Of a DNA stretch of 64,000 nucleotides, positions 8,174 through 17,823 are shown in pieces; position 1 is the first letter of the stretch, and each line of letters begins with the position of its first letter. The notes below the pieces were generated by a model that searched no databases, had not been told where the DNA came from, and saw nothing but the letters and a program-made list of their open reading frames with translations. This stretch comes from an uncultured Lachnoclostridium sp. (GTDB lineage: Bacteria > Bacillota > Clostridia > Lachnospirales > Lachnospiraceae), in assembly GCA_964602445.1 (NCBI GenBank), contig CAZRQV010000004.1, forward strand, positions 67,866 to 131,865, written 5' to 3'. The position numbers were made by a program, and so were the translations under genes.

Positions 8174-11100
8174 TTTTTCTACCGGTTTTTCACCAGCTTT
8201 TACGATTACTTTTACAGTTACCGTAAGAGCTTCTGTCTGTGAAACGCCTTCAATCGCAGAAACATCTACGGAACCAGTCAATGTATAGGTACCTTCTGCA
8301 GCTTCATATCCTGCAGCATCCCATGCGATCGGAGCCATTACCTTGTCACCATTGTCAAAGTAAACAGCAGCTTCTGTCGGCAGCGGAAGATCTGCAAATT
8401 CAACGTTTCCGTAAACTGTAATATCTTTTACTGAACCAACAGCTACGATATCTTTGGATGCTTTCACACCGCCAAATGGAATTACCGCACCATCATTGAG
8501 TGTACTGCATGTAAAGTCTTCGAATGTGATTGTAGCACCTGTACCGCCGCAAGCATAAACACCAATCTTTAATGTCTCAGATTCTCCGACAACATTGTTT
8601 GTAATTGTTCCTGTTTTTACCCATGTTTCGTTGTCATAGCTGTAATATCCTGTAAATACATTGCCTTCTTTGACAATCTTCAGCCATGCTGCTGCATCCG
8701 GAGTGCTGTCAACAACCACTGGTTCCAGATACTGGTTCAGATAAGAGAACATACCAAAATGATTTTTAGAAGCTGTTCCGTTATCTAAGCTGCCATGGTA
8801 ACGTCTTACTGCAGAAACAGAATTCTTTTCATCATGCCAGATCACCAGACCGGCTTTCTGATAATTACTGCTCATCTTGCCCTGTAATTTTACAGTTAAT
8901 TCAAAATCACCTTCCGGTGCATCATATAATATTACGTTCTTTGCAGAACCGTTATAATCCACGTCACCACTGATTGTTTTTAATGTGATCTTGTTAGGAT
9001 TTGCAGTATCAAGCACCGGCTGATCAGATGCTGTTGTGGACATATTATGGATTGCCCATCCTTTTGTTAATGTGTAATTTTCACCCGGTACACGAACAAC
9101 ACAGGTTGCTGTAACGGTTGGGTTCATTTCTGACATTGCTGTGATCACTGTAGAACCTACATTCAGTGCTGTCACAGTGTTCTTTGTCATAGAAGCTACA
9201 GAGCTGTCATCGATTGACCAGATAATGCCTGTATCTGCATATTCTTCCGGAAGGATTGCGTAATCAATGGTAAGACTTTCGCCTACTTCAAGAACGATTT
9301 CATCCGGAAGCTGAATTTCACTTACCGTATTTCCTTCTACCAGTGGGATCAATTTCACAGTACAACCGCCAATTTTTTCCATTGGGATCGTTAATGTATC
9401 TTCGCTTGTAACTGCCTGATATTCTACAGCCACATCACTTGTGCTTGCACCGTCTTTATAGATCACTGCACAGTACTCTGTATCTTTTTCCAGGAAATCT
9501 AATGGGAATACTGCATCACGTGCTTTATCGTTAGCGTTGATGGATGCTGCATACCAGAGATCTCCGCTGCGGCGTGCCAGTGTTGCATATTCACTTGGAT
9601 ATCCATCAATGTAATGAATTTCATCCCATGAAGATGGAAGTCCTTTTAAGAGAGAAACAACTTTGCTTGCCTTTACTTCTTCTGCAGAACTTGCCATACA
9701 TGGCATTCCGCTTTCAAACATAACAAACAGTGCTGCCATACGGCTTGCTGTACCACCGCTTGGTGTAATACGCGGTGTAATATCCATTGGACCAACTACG
9801 TTACGGATAAATGGCCAGAATGTGCTCTGGTAAGCATTTACGGAACCAAATTCCTGACCGGAAACTGCTTCACGGTTGATTACGTTTGGATAAGTACGAG
9901 CTTCACCAGTTGGTTTGTTTGCACCATGTGCATTTACAATCAAACCGTATTTTGCACATTCTTCATAAATATCTTTGTAGAGCTTGATCGTATCCTGGTC
10001 ATCAATATCAAAGAAGTCTACTTTAATACCTGCAATTCCTTTTTCTGCATACTCTTTTAATACTTCACGTTCTTCCGGAGTATCAAGGTCGTGTGCCAGA
10101 ATCCATGCGATCAGTTTGACATCACGTTCGCCTGCATATTCTACCATGCCGTCGAACCAGTCATAATAACCGTCATATCTTTTGCCTGCTACCTGAGAAA
10201 GCGGCTGCCATCCTTCATCCATGATGTAATAGCTCCAGCCCATTTCATAAGCAAGATCCACGTATTTACGTACAACTTCTTCTTCTTTCTGTCCTGCAAG
10301 TCCTTCGCTTAACCATGTCCAGGAAGTCACCCCAGGTTCTACCCAGCTGAAATCCATATCCAGATATGGATCATCACTTACGTCTGTTACCATAGTACTT
10401 TCTACGATATCACCAAGATCTCCTGTGATCGCCAGACGCCAAGGTGTTTCAAATGGATAGGAAGTACGAACTTCTGCATGACCGGTCCAGTATTCCTGCT
10501 GATCCGGAATCGTTACTCTTAAAGAAGTATCTTCTTCAGATACCGGTTCCAGATAAGATCCTACATAAGCATCATCATACTGGTTTGCCTCTGTGATCAA
10601 TGTCCAGAGTCCCTCTTCTGATTCTGCAAGGAATGGCATACTGATATAAATTTCCTGAACGTTGTTATGACTTTCTTCATGTGCAGTCAGATGCTCATAA
10701 ACCTCTTCCAGCATGATTCTTTCATAAGAACCTTCATGATTGAACTTATGGTCAAAACGGTCTGCATTATCCATCATGAATAATTCTGTTCCTTCCGGAA
10801 GTGCATAAGTACCATTTTCTCCATATACTTTGAGATCGCCGGAAGAACCGTCTGTTTTGTTCACTGCATAGCGATATGCATAACCATCTTCCTGTGCTCT
10901 CATGTACAATGTCATTTCTGCTTCCCCTTTAACGAAGGTAACAGCCAATTCATTGTAATGATTATTGATTTCAGACGCTTTGCCTGAGATCATTGTATAA
11001 TCTGTGTTGATTTCTTCGACTGCACTGGATTCCCAAAGAAGTCCGCCGGTAAAATCAGCCAGATCGGTCTGAATTCCCAGTGTAGAGTCGTTAACGATCA

Positions 11101-12178
11101 CTTTCCCGTTTTTAGTTGCTGTATAATGAAGTTCGTTTCCTGCTTCTAATGTTACAGAAACAACAACATTACCGTCCGGTGAAGCAACGGTCCATGCACG
11201 TTCTCCAGAACCATCATCTACAGTTACCATGTTTGTTGCAGTACGTGTAATTCCGTTTAAAGTAACAGATACTGTAATATTGGCACTGCCGCGTCCCTTT
11301 AATGTGAGTGCACCTGTGTTTGCATCTACTTCAAGAACGTCCGTATTGTCAGAGCTGAAGATAATCTCTGCTTCTGCGAAATCTGCTTCTGTACCATCTG
11401 TTAAAACACCTGCTACTGTGGCAGTTGCTGCAGGATCATCTGCAGTAATAAATTTTGGTGTTTCCAGAGAAACTCTTCGAAGTGTTCCGTCTACAGAAGG
11501 ATCTACTGTAACTGCAGGCATTGCCCATACACTGTGGTCATAACTGTTTCCGTCACCGCCGTCGTTGGTGATCAGGATCAGTTCTTTTGCACCTTCCGGT
11601 ACAGCCACGTTAATTTCTGCTGTTTCTCCGCCTTTCAGGCAGTCAATTTCCCAGAGAACTTCTTTGTCTGCCTTAACGATAAATCCGCAGGAAGCTCCGT
11701 TTCTGTCATTGTGAATACCGGCAATCGCTGAGAAATTAGTAACACCCATATTTTCAATATCAAATACCATCTGGGATGTTGCATGCGCTGCAAAACCATA
11801 ATCATAGTATTGACCGCCAATCTTGATAAAAGCACCGCCGTCCGGCTGTCCTGTATTTGGATTCATAACGCCGGTGTTTACCCCTAATTCACCCCAGCCT
11901 GTTCCAACAGATGTCAGATTGCTCTTATACCAAGGTTCCTGTGTTAAATACTGCAAGCCTTCTTCGTTCTGCTCTGCTGCAGCATTTGGATTTGAAACAA
12001 CATACATTACACCTTCATCTTTGTTTTCTGTCCGTGTATTCGCTGTTGCTTCTTCCTTTACAGCCGCTGTCGCTTCTGCTGCATTTGCCACGACCGGACC
12101 ATACCCCTGAAAAGATCCCAGTACCATAACAGATGCCAGCATCCATGCGGCCATTCTTTTCGTCTTTGTTGTTTTCAT
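7601..12178 (-). CDS. secreted multidomain glycoside hydrolase, GH97 catalytic core with NPCBM-like, Big_2, ConA/LamG-like and tandem Ig-like modules
   Basis: Signal peptide present. The NPCBM-like N-terminus reads GWGELGVN...YDYGFAAHATS...DHSVWAMPAV. The GH97 N-domain reads SPDGNVVVSV..HYTATKNGK. The GH97 core motif is GIKVDFFDIDDQ...AHGANKPTGEARTYPNVINREAVSGQEF. Specificity (alpha-glucosidase versus alpha-galactosidase type) is not resolvable here. Confidence 0.8.
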   Translation of the reverse strand: MKTTKTKRMAAWMLASVMVLGSFQGYGPVVANAAEATAAVKEEATANTRTENKDEGVMYVVSNPNAAAEQNEEGLQYLTQEPWYKSNLTSVGTGWGELGVNTGVMNPNTGQPDGGAFIKIGGQYYDYGFAAHATSQMVFDIENMGVTNFSAIAGIHNDRNGASCGFIVKADKEVLWEIDCLKGGETAEINVAVPEGAKELILITNDGGDGNSYDHSVWAMPAVTVDPSVDGTLRRVSLETPKFITADDPAATATVAGVLTDGTEADFAEAEIIFSSDNTDVLEVDANTGALTLKGRGSANITVSVTLNGITRTATNMVTVDDGSGERAWTVASPDGNVVVSVTLEAGNELHYTATKNGKVIVNDSTLGIQTDLADFTGGLLWESSAVEEINTDYTMISGKASEINNHYNELAVTFVKGEAEMTLYMRAQEDGYAYRYAVNKTDGSSGDLKVYGENGTYALPEGTELFMMDNADRFDHKFNHEGSYERIMLEEVYEHLTAHEESHNNVQEIYISMPFLAESEEGLWTLITEANQYDDAYVGSYLEPVSEEDTSLRVTIPDQQEYWTGHAEVRTSYPFETPWRLAITGDLGDIVESTMVTDVSDDPYLDMDFSWVEPGVTSWTWLSEGLAGQKEEEVVRKYVDLAYEMGWSYYIMDEGWQPLSQVAGKRYDGYYDWFDGMVEYAGERDVKLIAWILAHDLDTPEEREVLKEYAEKGIAGIKVDFFDIDDQDTIKLYKDIYEECAKYGLIVNAHGANKPTGEARTYPNVINREAVSGQEFGSVNAYQSTFWPFIRNVVGPMDITPRITPSGGTASRMAALFVMFESGMPCMASSAEEVKASKVVSLLKGLPSSWDEIHYIDGYPSEYATLARRSGDLWYAASINANDKARDAVFPLDFLEKDTEYCAVIYKDGASTSDVAVEYQAVTSEDTLTIPMEKIGGCTVKLIPLVEGNTVSEIQLPDEIVLEVGESLTIDYAILPEEYADTGIIWSIDDSSVASMTKNTVTALNVGSTVITAMSEMNPTVTATCVVRVPGENYTLTKGWAIHNMSTTASDQPVLDTANPNKITLKTISGDVDYNGSAKNVILYDAPEGDFELTVKLQGKMSSNYQKAGLVIWHDEKNSVSAVRRYHGSLDNGTASKNHFGMFSYLNQYLEPVVVDSTPDAAAWLKIVKEGNVFTGYYSYDNETWVKTGTITNNVVGESETLKIGVYACGGTGATITFEDFTCSTLNDGAVIPFGGVKASKDIVAVGSVKDITVYGNVEFADLPLPTEAAVYFDNGDKVMAPIAWDAAGYEAAEGTYTLTGSVDVSAIEGVSQTEALTVTVKVIVKAGEKPVEKLTIVKQPVDTEALKGENATVTVKAKGDDLTYTWYYKNPGNKKFYVSGTQFVADGGASYTMPMYAWRDGQQVYCVITDGHGESVQTDVVTLSMKVEYGSIEIVKQPESVGVDSVGKKAVVTVKAKGEGLTYEWFYKNPGNVKFYKSGTEFAKGAQYSIEVSKWRDGQQVYCVITDANGVSVQTDTVTIYLK

Positions 12179-12307
12179 GTTATCCCCCTTACAACTTTTG
12201 ATCTGTTCTTTGGATTTTTTTAAGGAAAAAAATCATCCCCCCTTTCCTGTTTATTTTATTTTCAATCATAAATTCTCCAAAAAGATTGTTCTGTCTTTTG
12301 ATTCGAC

Positions 12308-12874
12308 TTACTGAATGCTCAGTGTTACGGTATTTGTTTGAACGCTTAATCCGTTTGCATCTGTGATCACACAGTATACCTGCTGTCCGTCACGCCATTT
12401 ATTTACAGAAATCTCATAAGTATTTCCATTTGCAAAAGCAGTTCCTGATGCATAGAATTTTGCATTGCCCGGATTCTTGTAATACCATGTATAAGTCAGA
12501 TTTTTTCCTGTTGCTTCGACTGTGACAGTTGCTGTTTCACCGGATTTCTTAACAGCTACGCTTTCCGGCTGTTTTGTGATCGTAATCGCTGCTTTTTCAA
12601 GGCTCAATGTCACAGTATCTGAAATTAATACATTTCCTTCTGCATCTGTCACTTCACAGTATACCTGCTGTCCGTCACGCCATGAGAACATTGGAATGCT
12701 GTAAGTATTTCCATTCGCAAATGCACTTCCTGATACATAGAATTTATTGTTTCCAGGATTCTTGTAATACCATGTATAAGTCAGACCTTTTCCTATCGCT
12801 TCGATGACTGCAACTGCATTTTCCCCCTTAGATACAGTTACACTTTCCGGCTGTTTTGTAATTGCAAAAGCAAC
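12308..12874 (-). repeat. two tandem copies of the 94-aa Ig-like module at the GH89 C-terminus
   Basis: ITKQPESV...LTYTWYYKNPGN(N/A)KFY(V/A)SG.AFANGNTY....WRDGQQVYC.(V/I)TDA.G. The DNA is also visibly similar to 7601-8173, for example the shared ccgtttgcatc.gtgatcacaca.tatacctgctg.cc.tcacgccattta. Confidence 0.85.
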
Positions 12875-15800
12875 TTCTTCTAATGCTTCTTTTGCTTCTG
12901 TCAGTGCTGCAAGTGCTGCATTGACTGCTTTCTGGTCTGCTTCTTCATTTTCAGCAACTTCTTTTGCTGCTGCCAAAGCTTCTTCAAATGCAGTCCAGCT
13001 TTCTGCTGTATAATCTGCTGCATTTAAGTCTGCCGCTGCTGTAATTGCTTCATTTAAAGCATCTTTGTTTACAACTTCGATTTCTTTTTCATATACACGA
13101 ACTTCACGTACGTGGAAACCTTCGTTAGAAGAGTTGTAAGTACCTACAATCTTCACATAACGTGCAGTTACATCATCAAAGGTAAAGGTATCACCGTCAT
13201 TTGTACCTGCGGCTGTAGCTGTCTTATGAACCACTTCTGTCCATTCTTCACCATCCACACTTGTATAGATGTCATATAAGTAGTAACGGCTGCCTGCTAC
13301 GTAGCAAAGTACATTAATCTTACCGATTTCGTAAACATCTTCAAGATCGATCACTGCTTCCGGATTGTATGCCCATTCGATTCCATCCCAGTAAGTATTT
13401 TCCAGACCGTCTGTGATATGAGCTGCATATCCGCCGCCTGGTGCACCCGGGCTGTTGATTCTTTCATGAGTTGCTGTAACCGGTTTGTCTAATGCAATGT
13501 TTCCGACATTTTCTGGTACAACTACAGAAGTAGAGCATTCATTGATTACACGGTTCACTACATATTTCATATTTTCCGGAGAATTATCAGCTTCACGTTC
13601 GTAATCCTGATCTCCGTAGATCCATTCCATACATGCTGCTGTATAACCAGCGCTTGCAGCTACAGAAGTAGATCCTGTTTCCAGAATATCTTCCTGACGT
13701 TCCAGATAGTTTTCCCATAATGGTTTGTACAGATCTTTAAACATTCCCTGATAATGACGGAATGCATAAGCGCCTAAAGAAGTGGTTGGTGCCCATACTG
13801 TGATCAGTGTTTTTGCATTGATTACCATTGTATCGTATGCAAAATCATCTGCACCTGTATCAATTGCCCAGTCTTCTGCACCGCCGATCCAGTTTCCTAC
13901 CATCAGATCTTTCTGAGTTCCTAATACTAATTCGAACAGATCGAACGTATTTAAGAATTTTTCTTTTAATTCTTTGAATTTTGCAACATCTTTTGTATCA
14001 TATGCGTCTTTCATATTTCCTAATTCAACAACTGCATAATTGCTGACGATCTGACGCATCAGTTCGGACAGGTCATACATGTAAGATTCGCTGCCACATA
14101 AAAGTTCAAAATCTTCAAATAATAATGCTAACGCTTTTTCAACTTTTTCAGTTGCATATGGAAGACCGTATTTTTCCAGGCTTGGACCTGTAGATGCCAG
14201 TACCTGAGATGTATATCCGCTTCTTCCGTAGATTGTTTCTTCCAGAATCTTCCATGCTTTTCTTGCATTTACGGATTCAGCGCCATAACGATCTACTACA
14301 TAATCATCCAGCCATTCTTCCATATCGATGGTGCCTTCAGATACCCATGTAGTATCATATAACATCTGATATAAAGCCGGGTTGTCATAAGTTGCTTCGG
14401 AGATCAGACCGATTCCTTTCATGTGAGCTGCTGTATCTCTCGCACGAACGATGTCATTAACTACCAGCTGCAGGTTACCATCCATGGATGGGTTTCCGCC
14501 GTAGTTGTCTAACAGACAGCATACCCAGTCAGTTCCGTTAAATTCTTTTGCATCTAATGTTGTGCTTCCGTAAGTTGTTTTGTCCCATTTAGAATCGCCG
14601 ATACCTGTTAAGTCAAGAATGAGTACATGATCCTGTCTGTAATCTCCCATACCTTTTAACAGTTCGTTACTTGGATTACTCCACCATGCCTGTACCATCC
14701 ATACTGCATCTTCATCATATTTCAATAAGGAATCCAGTACTTCTGCTGCGATTACTTCATCACTTAAGTCATCCGGACGGATACCGCCTTCATGGAACGG
14801 GTCTACTGCATAATAATCACTGGTTGCGCCAAATGCCCATTCCTGAGCTGCATAGAATAATTCTGCGTACTGATCATATAATTCTCCATCGGTACGGATC
14901 ATATCCGGACGAGGAAGGTTACACCAGGTACCCTGATCCAGAATTTCTACCTCTGGCTGATAATCTGCAAAGTTACATGGGATCATACCAGCGTATCCCT
15001 GTAATACAGTCTGCATACCTAAAGAGTTTTTAAATCTCTGGTTTTCTCTGGCCATTTCCAGACGGCCTGTTACCCATTCGTCAGATACAGGACCACCTAC
15101 AACTTCCAGGTTGTCCATGAACTGCCATGCATAGTAAGTCGGACCTGCGATCCAGTCTTTTGCTTCATCAAATGTATATCCGAAGTTCTGCAGGAATTTA
15201 ATCCATACAGCTTCCTGTCCTGCAAGGTCAAGTACACAGTTTACACCGCTTAATGCCAGCCAGTCATATTCTCTCTGGAATACTTCTGCATCTGCATAAG
15301 AGAATGTATAGTTTACGGTACAGTAGTTAAATGCATAACGTACTTTGTATGGTGTTTCGCAGCGAACTGCTTCTTCCATTTCCACAACTGCTTCCGGCAT
15401 ATTTACCTGGCTTGTCTGTTCAGCAATCTGAACATTACAGTAGTTTTCCAGATAATAATTTAAACCGCTGGCAAGAGATACACCGTCGTTACCTGTAACG
15501 AGGATCTTTCCTTCTGCTGCATCCGGTCCTACGATAAAGTAGTCATTGTCATTTTCTGTGTTTGCTGCAAGTTTAAATGTGAACCAGTCACGATATTCTT
15601 TACCGATATTACGTTCAATGATTCCATATACATTTTCGATGGTTTCATCTTCTGTAATTTCTTCTGCGTATTCTGTTTCATTGAATGGTTTGATATCAAG
15701 AACTTCGTCGATGGTACCGGTTCTTAAAGCATCTGTATTTGTACCTGTTGCTTCACCGTGAATACGAACTTCAGATAACATGGAGATTTTGGATCCTTTT

Positions 15801-17638
15801 ACATATTCCATGTATACACGAACGATACGATATTCTGTTGTATCTAAACCAAGTTCTTTCAGGTTAATGATATCGCCTTCATTGGTTGCCGGATTCTGAT
15901 CACGTTTCTGATATAAACGATCGTAATTAGATCCGTCTACACTTCCGTAAATTGTATAATAGTAATAAGAACCATTCACCGGGAAGTTTAAGATTACTTC
16001 TGAAAGATCATAATTTTCTCCCAGATCGATATCAAAATATGCCGGTGCAAATTCACCGCTGCATGTAGTTACATTCAAACCGTCTGTAATATATTTTACA
16101 GAATCTGTTGAAAGGTGTGTTCTTACTGTTTTGCCAAATGCAATGTTATCCGGGTCAGCTGCGTCTGTTGTTGGTTCTTCGTAATCCGGATTTGCTTCTC
16201 CATACACTTCGAATTCCTTCATATGTACAGATGCATTTGCAGAGTTATGTGTCATGGTAACACGTACAAAACGTATTTCCATTGCTTCCTCTAATTCAAA
16301 AGTTTCTCCTGCATAAGCCGGTCCCATATCTTCTGTTCTTTCAAACAGTTTGGTATAAGAAGTTCCATCCAGACTGGCTTCGATCGTATATAAATAAGTA
16401 CGGCCGTCACCTGTATATGGATATGCTTTCATCATATCAACAAAGTAACCTGAGCCAAGATCGATGGTAAAGCTCTGAGGTGCTTCACCGCCATCCCAGT
16501 AATTAGAATAGTTACCGTCTACGATTCTTTCCGCACCGCGTCCGTAATCTGAATTTGATGAAATTACGTTTTTGCCTAACGCTACATTGCTGCGATTAGA
16601 AGTAGAATAGCCCCAAATTTCCAGTTCCTGCATATGTGCTACGTTATTTTTGCTGTTTTTTGTAACCGTAGCGCGGACATAACGAGCTTCCAGTTCGTCG
16701 AAAGTATAACTTTCTTCCTTAAATGCTGGTTCTGTTCCATAAGTTTCTTCACGGTCAGCAACCTTTGTCCATTCTTTTCCGTCTTTACTTACTTCGATAT
16801 AATATAAATAATATCTTCCGTCACCTGCATTGTGATAAGTTGTTGCTTTGATTTCTGTCAATTTGCAGGTTTCATCCAGATCCACCATGATCCACTGCGG
16901 AGAATCTTCAGAAGTGATTCCGCCATCCCAGTAAGTAGAATAGCTGCCGTCAAATGCATTGGATGCACTGCGGTTATAATCTACATAAGAAGCAGTTGCA
17001 GTCTTTCCAAAGCCAAGATTTTTTGCTTCTTTAGATGCATCATACTCTGTTCCGAATACTTCAATTTCAGCTACTTCCGGATTTACGGATGCATCTTCCG
17101 CAGAAGTGATCGTTACTTTTACATTATCTGTAATAATTGCTTTTTCCAGTGTATATTCGCTGTAATATTTGTGTCCCACTACATCAGCTGCATTATCTTC
17201 GCTGTAGCTTGAACCTTCATATAATACAGTGTATGCACCACTGGTTGGGTTGTTATAAGATACAGTAAAGTTATATTTCTGACCTTCTTTAAATACAACT
17301 CTTACTTTATCTACACTATATTTTGCATCTAATTTTACACCAACATTCACCGGAATTGCTGTATCTGCAGCTACCCAGTGATTGGAATAGGTTCCATCAT
17401 TTAAGAATGTGATATCACCGCCTGTTGCCATAACGCTGTCAGCGTATGCTCTACCACCATTTTTGTAAGCAGCCACATTGCTACTTGCTGCTTCTGCTTC
17501 ATCATTTGTTTCGGCAACTGCCCATACATCTGTATTTCCGGTTACACCTGCCGCGTTTACCCCCATAGACGAGAACATGGATGTCATCATTGTCACACTC
17601 AATGCCAGTGATAACAACTTTTTCATACAATTTCGCAT
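12308..17638 (-). CDS. secreted GH89 alpha-N-acetylglucosaminidase with about five F5/8-type-C (CBM32-like) modules, a FIVAR-like helix and tandem Ig-like modules
   Basis: Signal peptide present. NAGLU-family blocks: LALSGVNCVLDLAGQEAVWIKFL, YYAVDPFHEGG, AVWMVQAWW. Repeated discoidin-like modules (N(L/I/V)A(F/L)GK...DG..S.YW...). AAGGAGG RBS lies 5 nt before the ATG at 17638. Confidence 0.85.
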   Translation of the reverse strand: MRNCMKKLLSLALSVTMMTSMFSSMGVNAAGVTGNTDVWAVAETNDEAEAASSNVAAYKNGGRAYADSVMATGGDITFLNDGTYSNHWVAADTAIPVNVGVKLDAKYSVDKVRVVFKEGQKYNFTVSYNNPTSGAYTVLYEGSSYSEDNAADVVGHKYYSEYTLEKAIITDNVKVTITSAEDASVNPEVAEIEVFGTEYDASKEAKNLGFGKTATASYVDYNRSASNAFDGSYSTYWDGGITSEDSPQWIMVDLDETCKLTEIKATTYHNAGDGRYYLYYIEVSKDGKEWTKVADREETYGTEPAFKEESYTFDELEARYVRATVTKNSKNNVAHMQELEIWGYSTSNRSNVALGKNVISSNSDYGRGAERIVDGNYSNYWDGGEAPQSFTIDLGSGYFVDMMKAYPYTGDGRTYLYTIEASLDGTSYTKLFERTEDMGPAYAGETFELEEAMEIRFVRVTMTHNSANASVHMKEFEVYGEANPDYEEPTTDAADPDNIAFGKTVRTHLSTDSVKYITDGLNVTTCSGEFAPAYFDIDLGENYDLSEVILNFPVNGSYYYYTIYGSVDGSNYDRLYQKRDQNPATNEGDIINLKELGLDTTEYRIVRVYMEYVKGSKISMLSEVRIHGEATGTNTDALRTGTIDEVLDIKPFNETEYAEEITEDETIENVYGIIERNIGKEYRDWFTFKLAANTENDNDYFIVGPDAAEGKILVTGNDGVSLASGLNYYLENYCNVQIAEQTSQVNMPEAVVEMEEAVRCETPYKVRYAFNYCTVNYTFSYADAEVFQREYDWLALSGVNCVLDLAGQEAVWIKFLQNFGYTFDEAKDWIAGPTYYAWQFMDNLEVVGGPVSDEWVTGRLEMARENQRFKNSLGMQTVLQGYAGMIPCNFADYQPEVEILDQGTWCNLPRPDMIRTDGELYDQYAELFYAAQEWAFGATSDYYAVDPFHEGGIRPDDLSDEVIAAEVLDSLLKYDEDAVWMVQAWWSNPSNELLKGMGDYRQDHVLILDLTGIGDSKWDKTTYGSTTLDAKEFNGTDWVCCLLDNYGGNPSMDGNLQLVVNDIVRARDTAAHMKGIGLISEATYDNPALYQMLYDTTWVSEGTIDMEEWLDDYVVDRYGAESVNARKAWKILEETIYGRSGYTSQVLASTGPSLEKYGLPYATEKVEKALALLFEDFELLCGSESYMYDLSELMRQIVSNYAVVELGNMKDAYDTKDVAKFKELKEKFLNTFDLFELVLGTQKDLMVGNWIGGAEDWAIDTGADDFAYDTMVINAKTLITVWAPTTSLGAYAFRHYQGMFKDLYKPLWENYLERQEDILETGSTSVAASAGYTAACMEWIYGDQDYEREADNSPENMKYVVNRVINECSTSVVVPENVGNIALDKPVTATHERINSPGAPGGGYAAHITDGLENTYWDGIEWAYNPEAVIDLEDVYEIGKINVLCYVAGSRYYLYDIYTSVDGEEWTEVVHKTATAAGTNDGDTFTFDDVTARYVKIVGTYNSSNEGFHVREVRVYEKEIEVVNKDALNEAITAAADLNAADYTAESWTAFEEALAAAKEVAENEEADQKAVNAALAALTEAKEALEEVAFAITKQPESVTVSKGENAVAVIEAIGKGLTYTWYYKNPGNNKFYVSGSAFANGNTYSIPMFSWRDGQQVYCEVTDAEGNVLISDTVTLSLEKAAITITKQPESVAVKKSGETATVTVEATGKNLTYTWYYKNPGNAKFYASGTAFANGNTYEISVNKWRDGQQVYCVITDANGLSVQTNTVTLSIQ

Positions 17639-17823
17639 AAATTCCTCCTTAATATTTTAAAAATATGAAATCCAGAAAATTCTTTTTCTGACTTTCTCCT
17701 CTTTTGCAATAAAATCTTTTTTTCTTTCCCCTTCTTTCTGTTTTCACTTTGCGTGAAATAAAACTAAGCATCTTTGATCATTACATTTTATAATGTAAGC
17801 CTTTTTTCAGTTTTCCTTGAAAA

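Noticed and set aside
11229-11543. Numerous 60-260 aa ORFs antisense to, or out of frame with, large genes. Examples: 8100-8288, 11229-11543, 14671-15033, 28899-29558, 30544-31323, 37233-37730, 37926-38345, 48297-48992 and 56836-57627.
   Set aside because: They lie wholly inside well-supported genes, have low-complexity or Cys/Ser/Phe-rich translations, lack RBS sequences and match no family. These are typical shadow ORFs.
12179-12307. AU-rich hairpin GGATGATTTTTTT/AAAAAAATCC between GH89 and GH97, considered as a terminator.
   Set aside because: The stem is almost entirely A-U, has a bulge and has no downstream U-tract on the minus strand. It is too weak to call and is used only as context for the read-through hypothesis.
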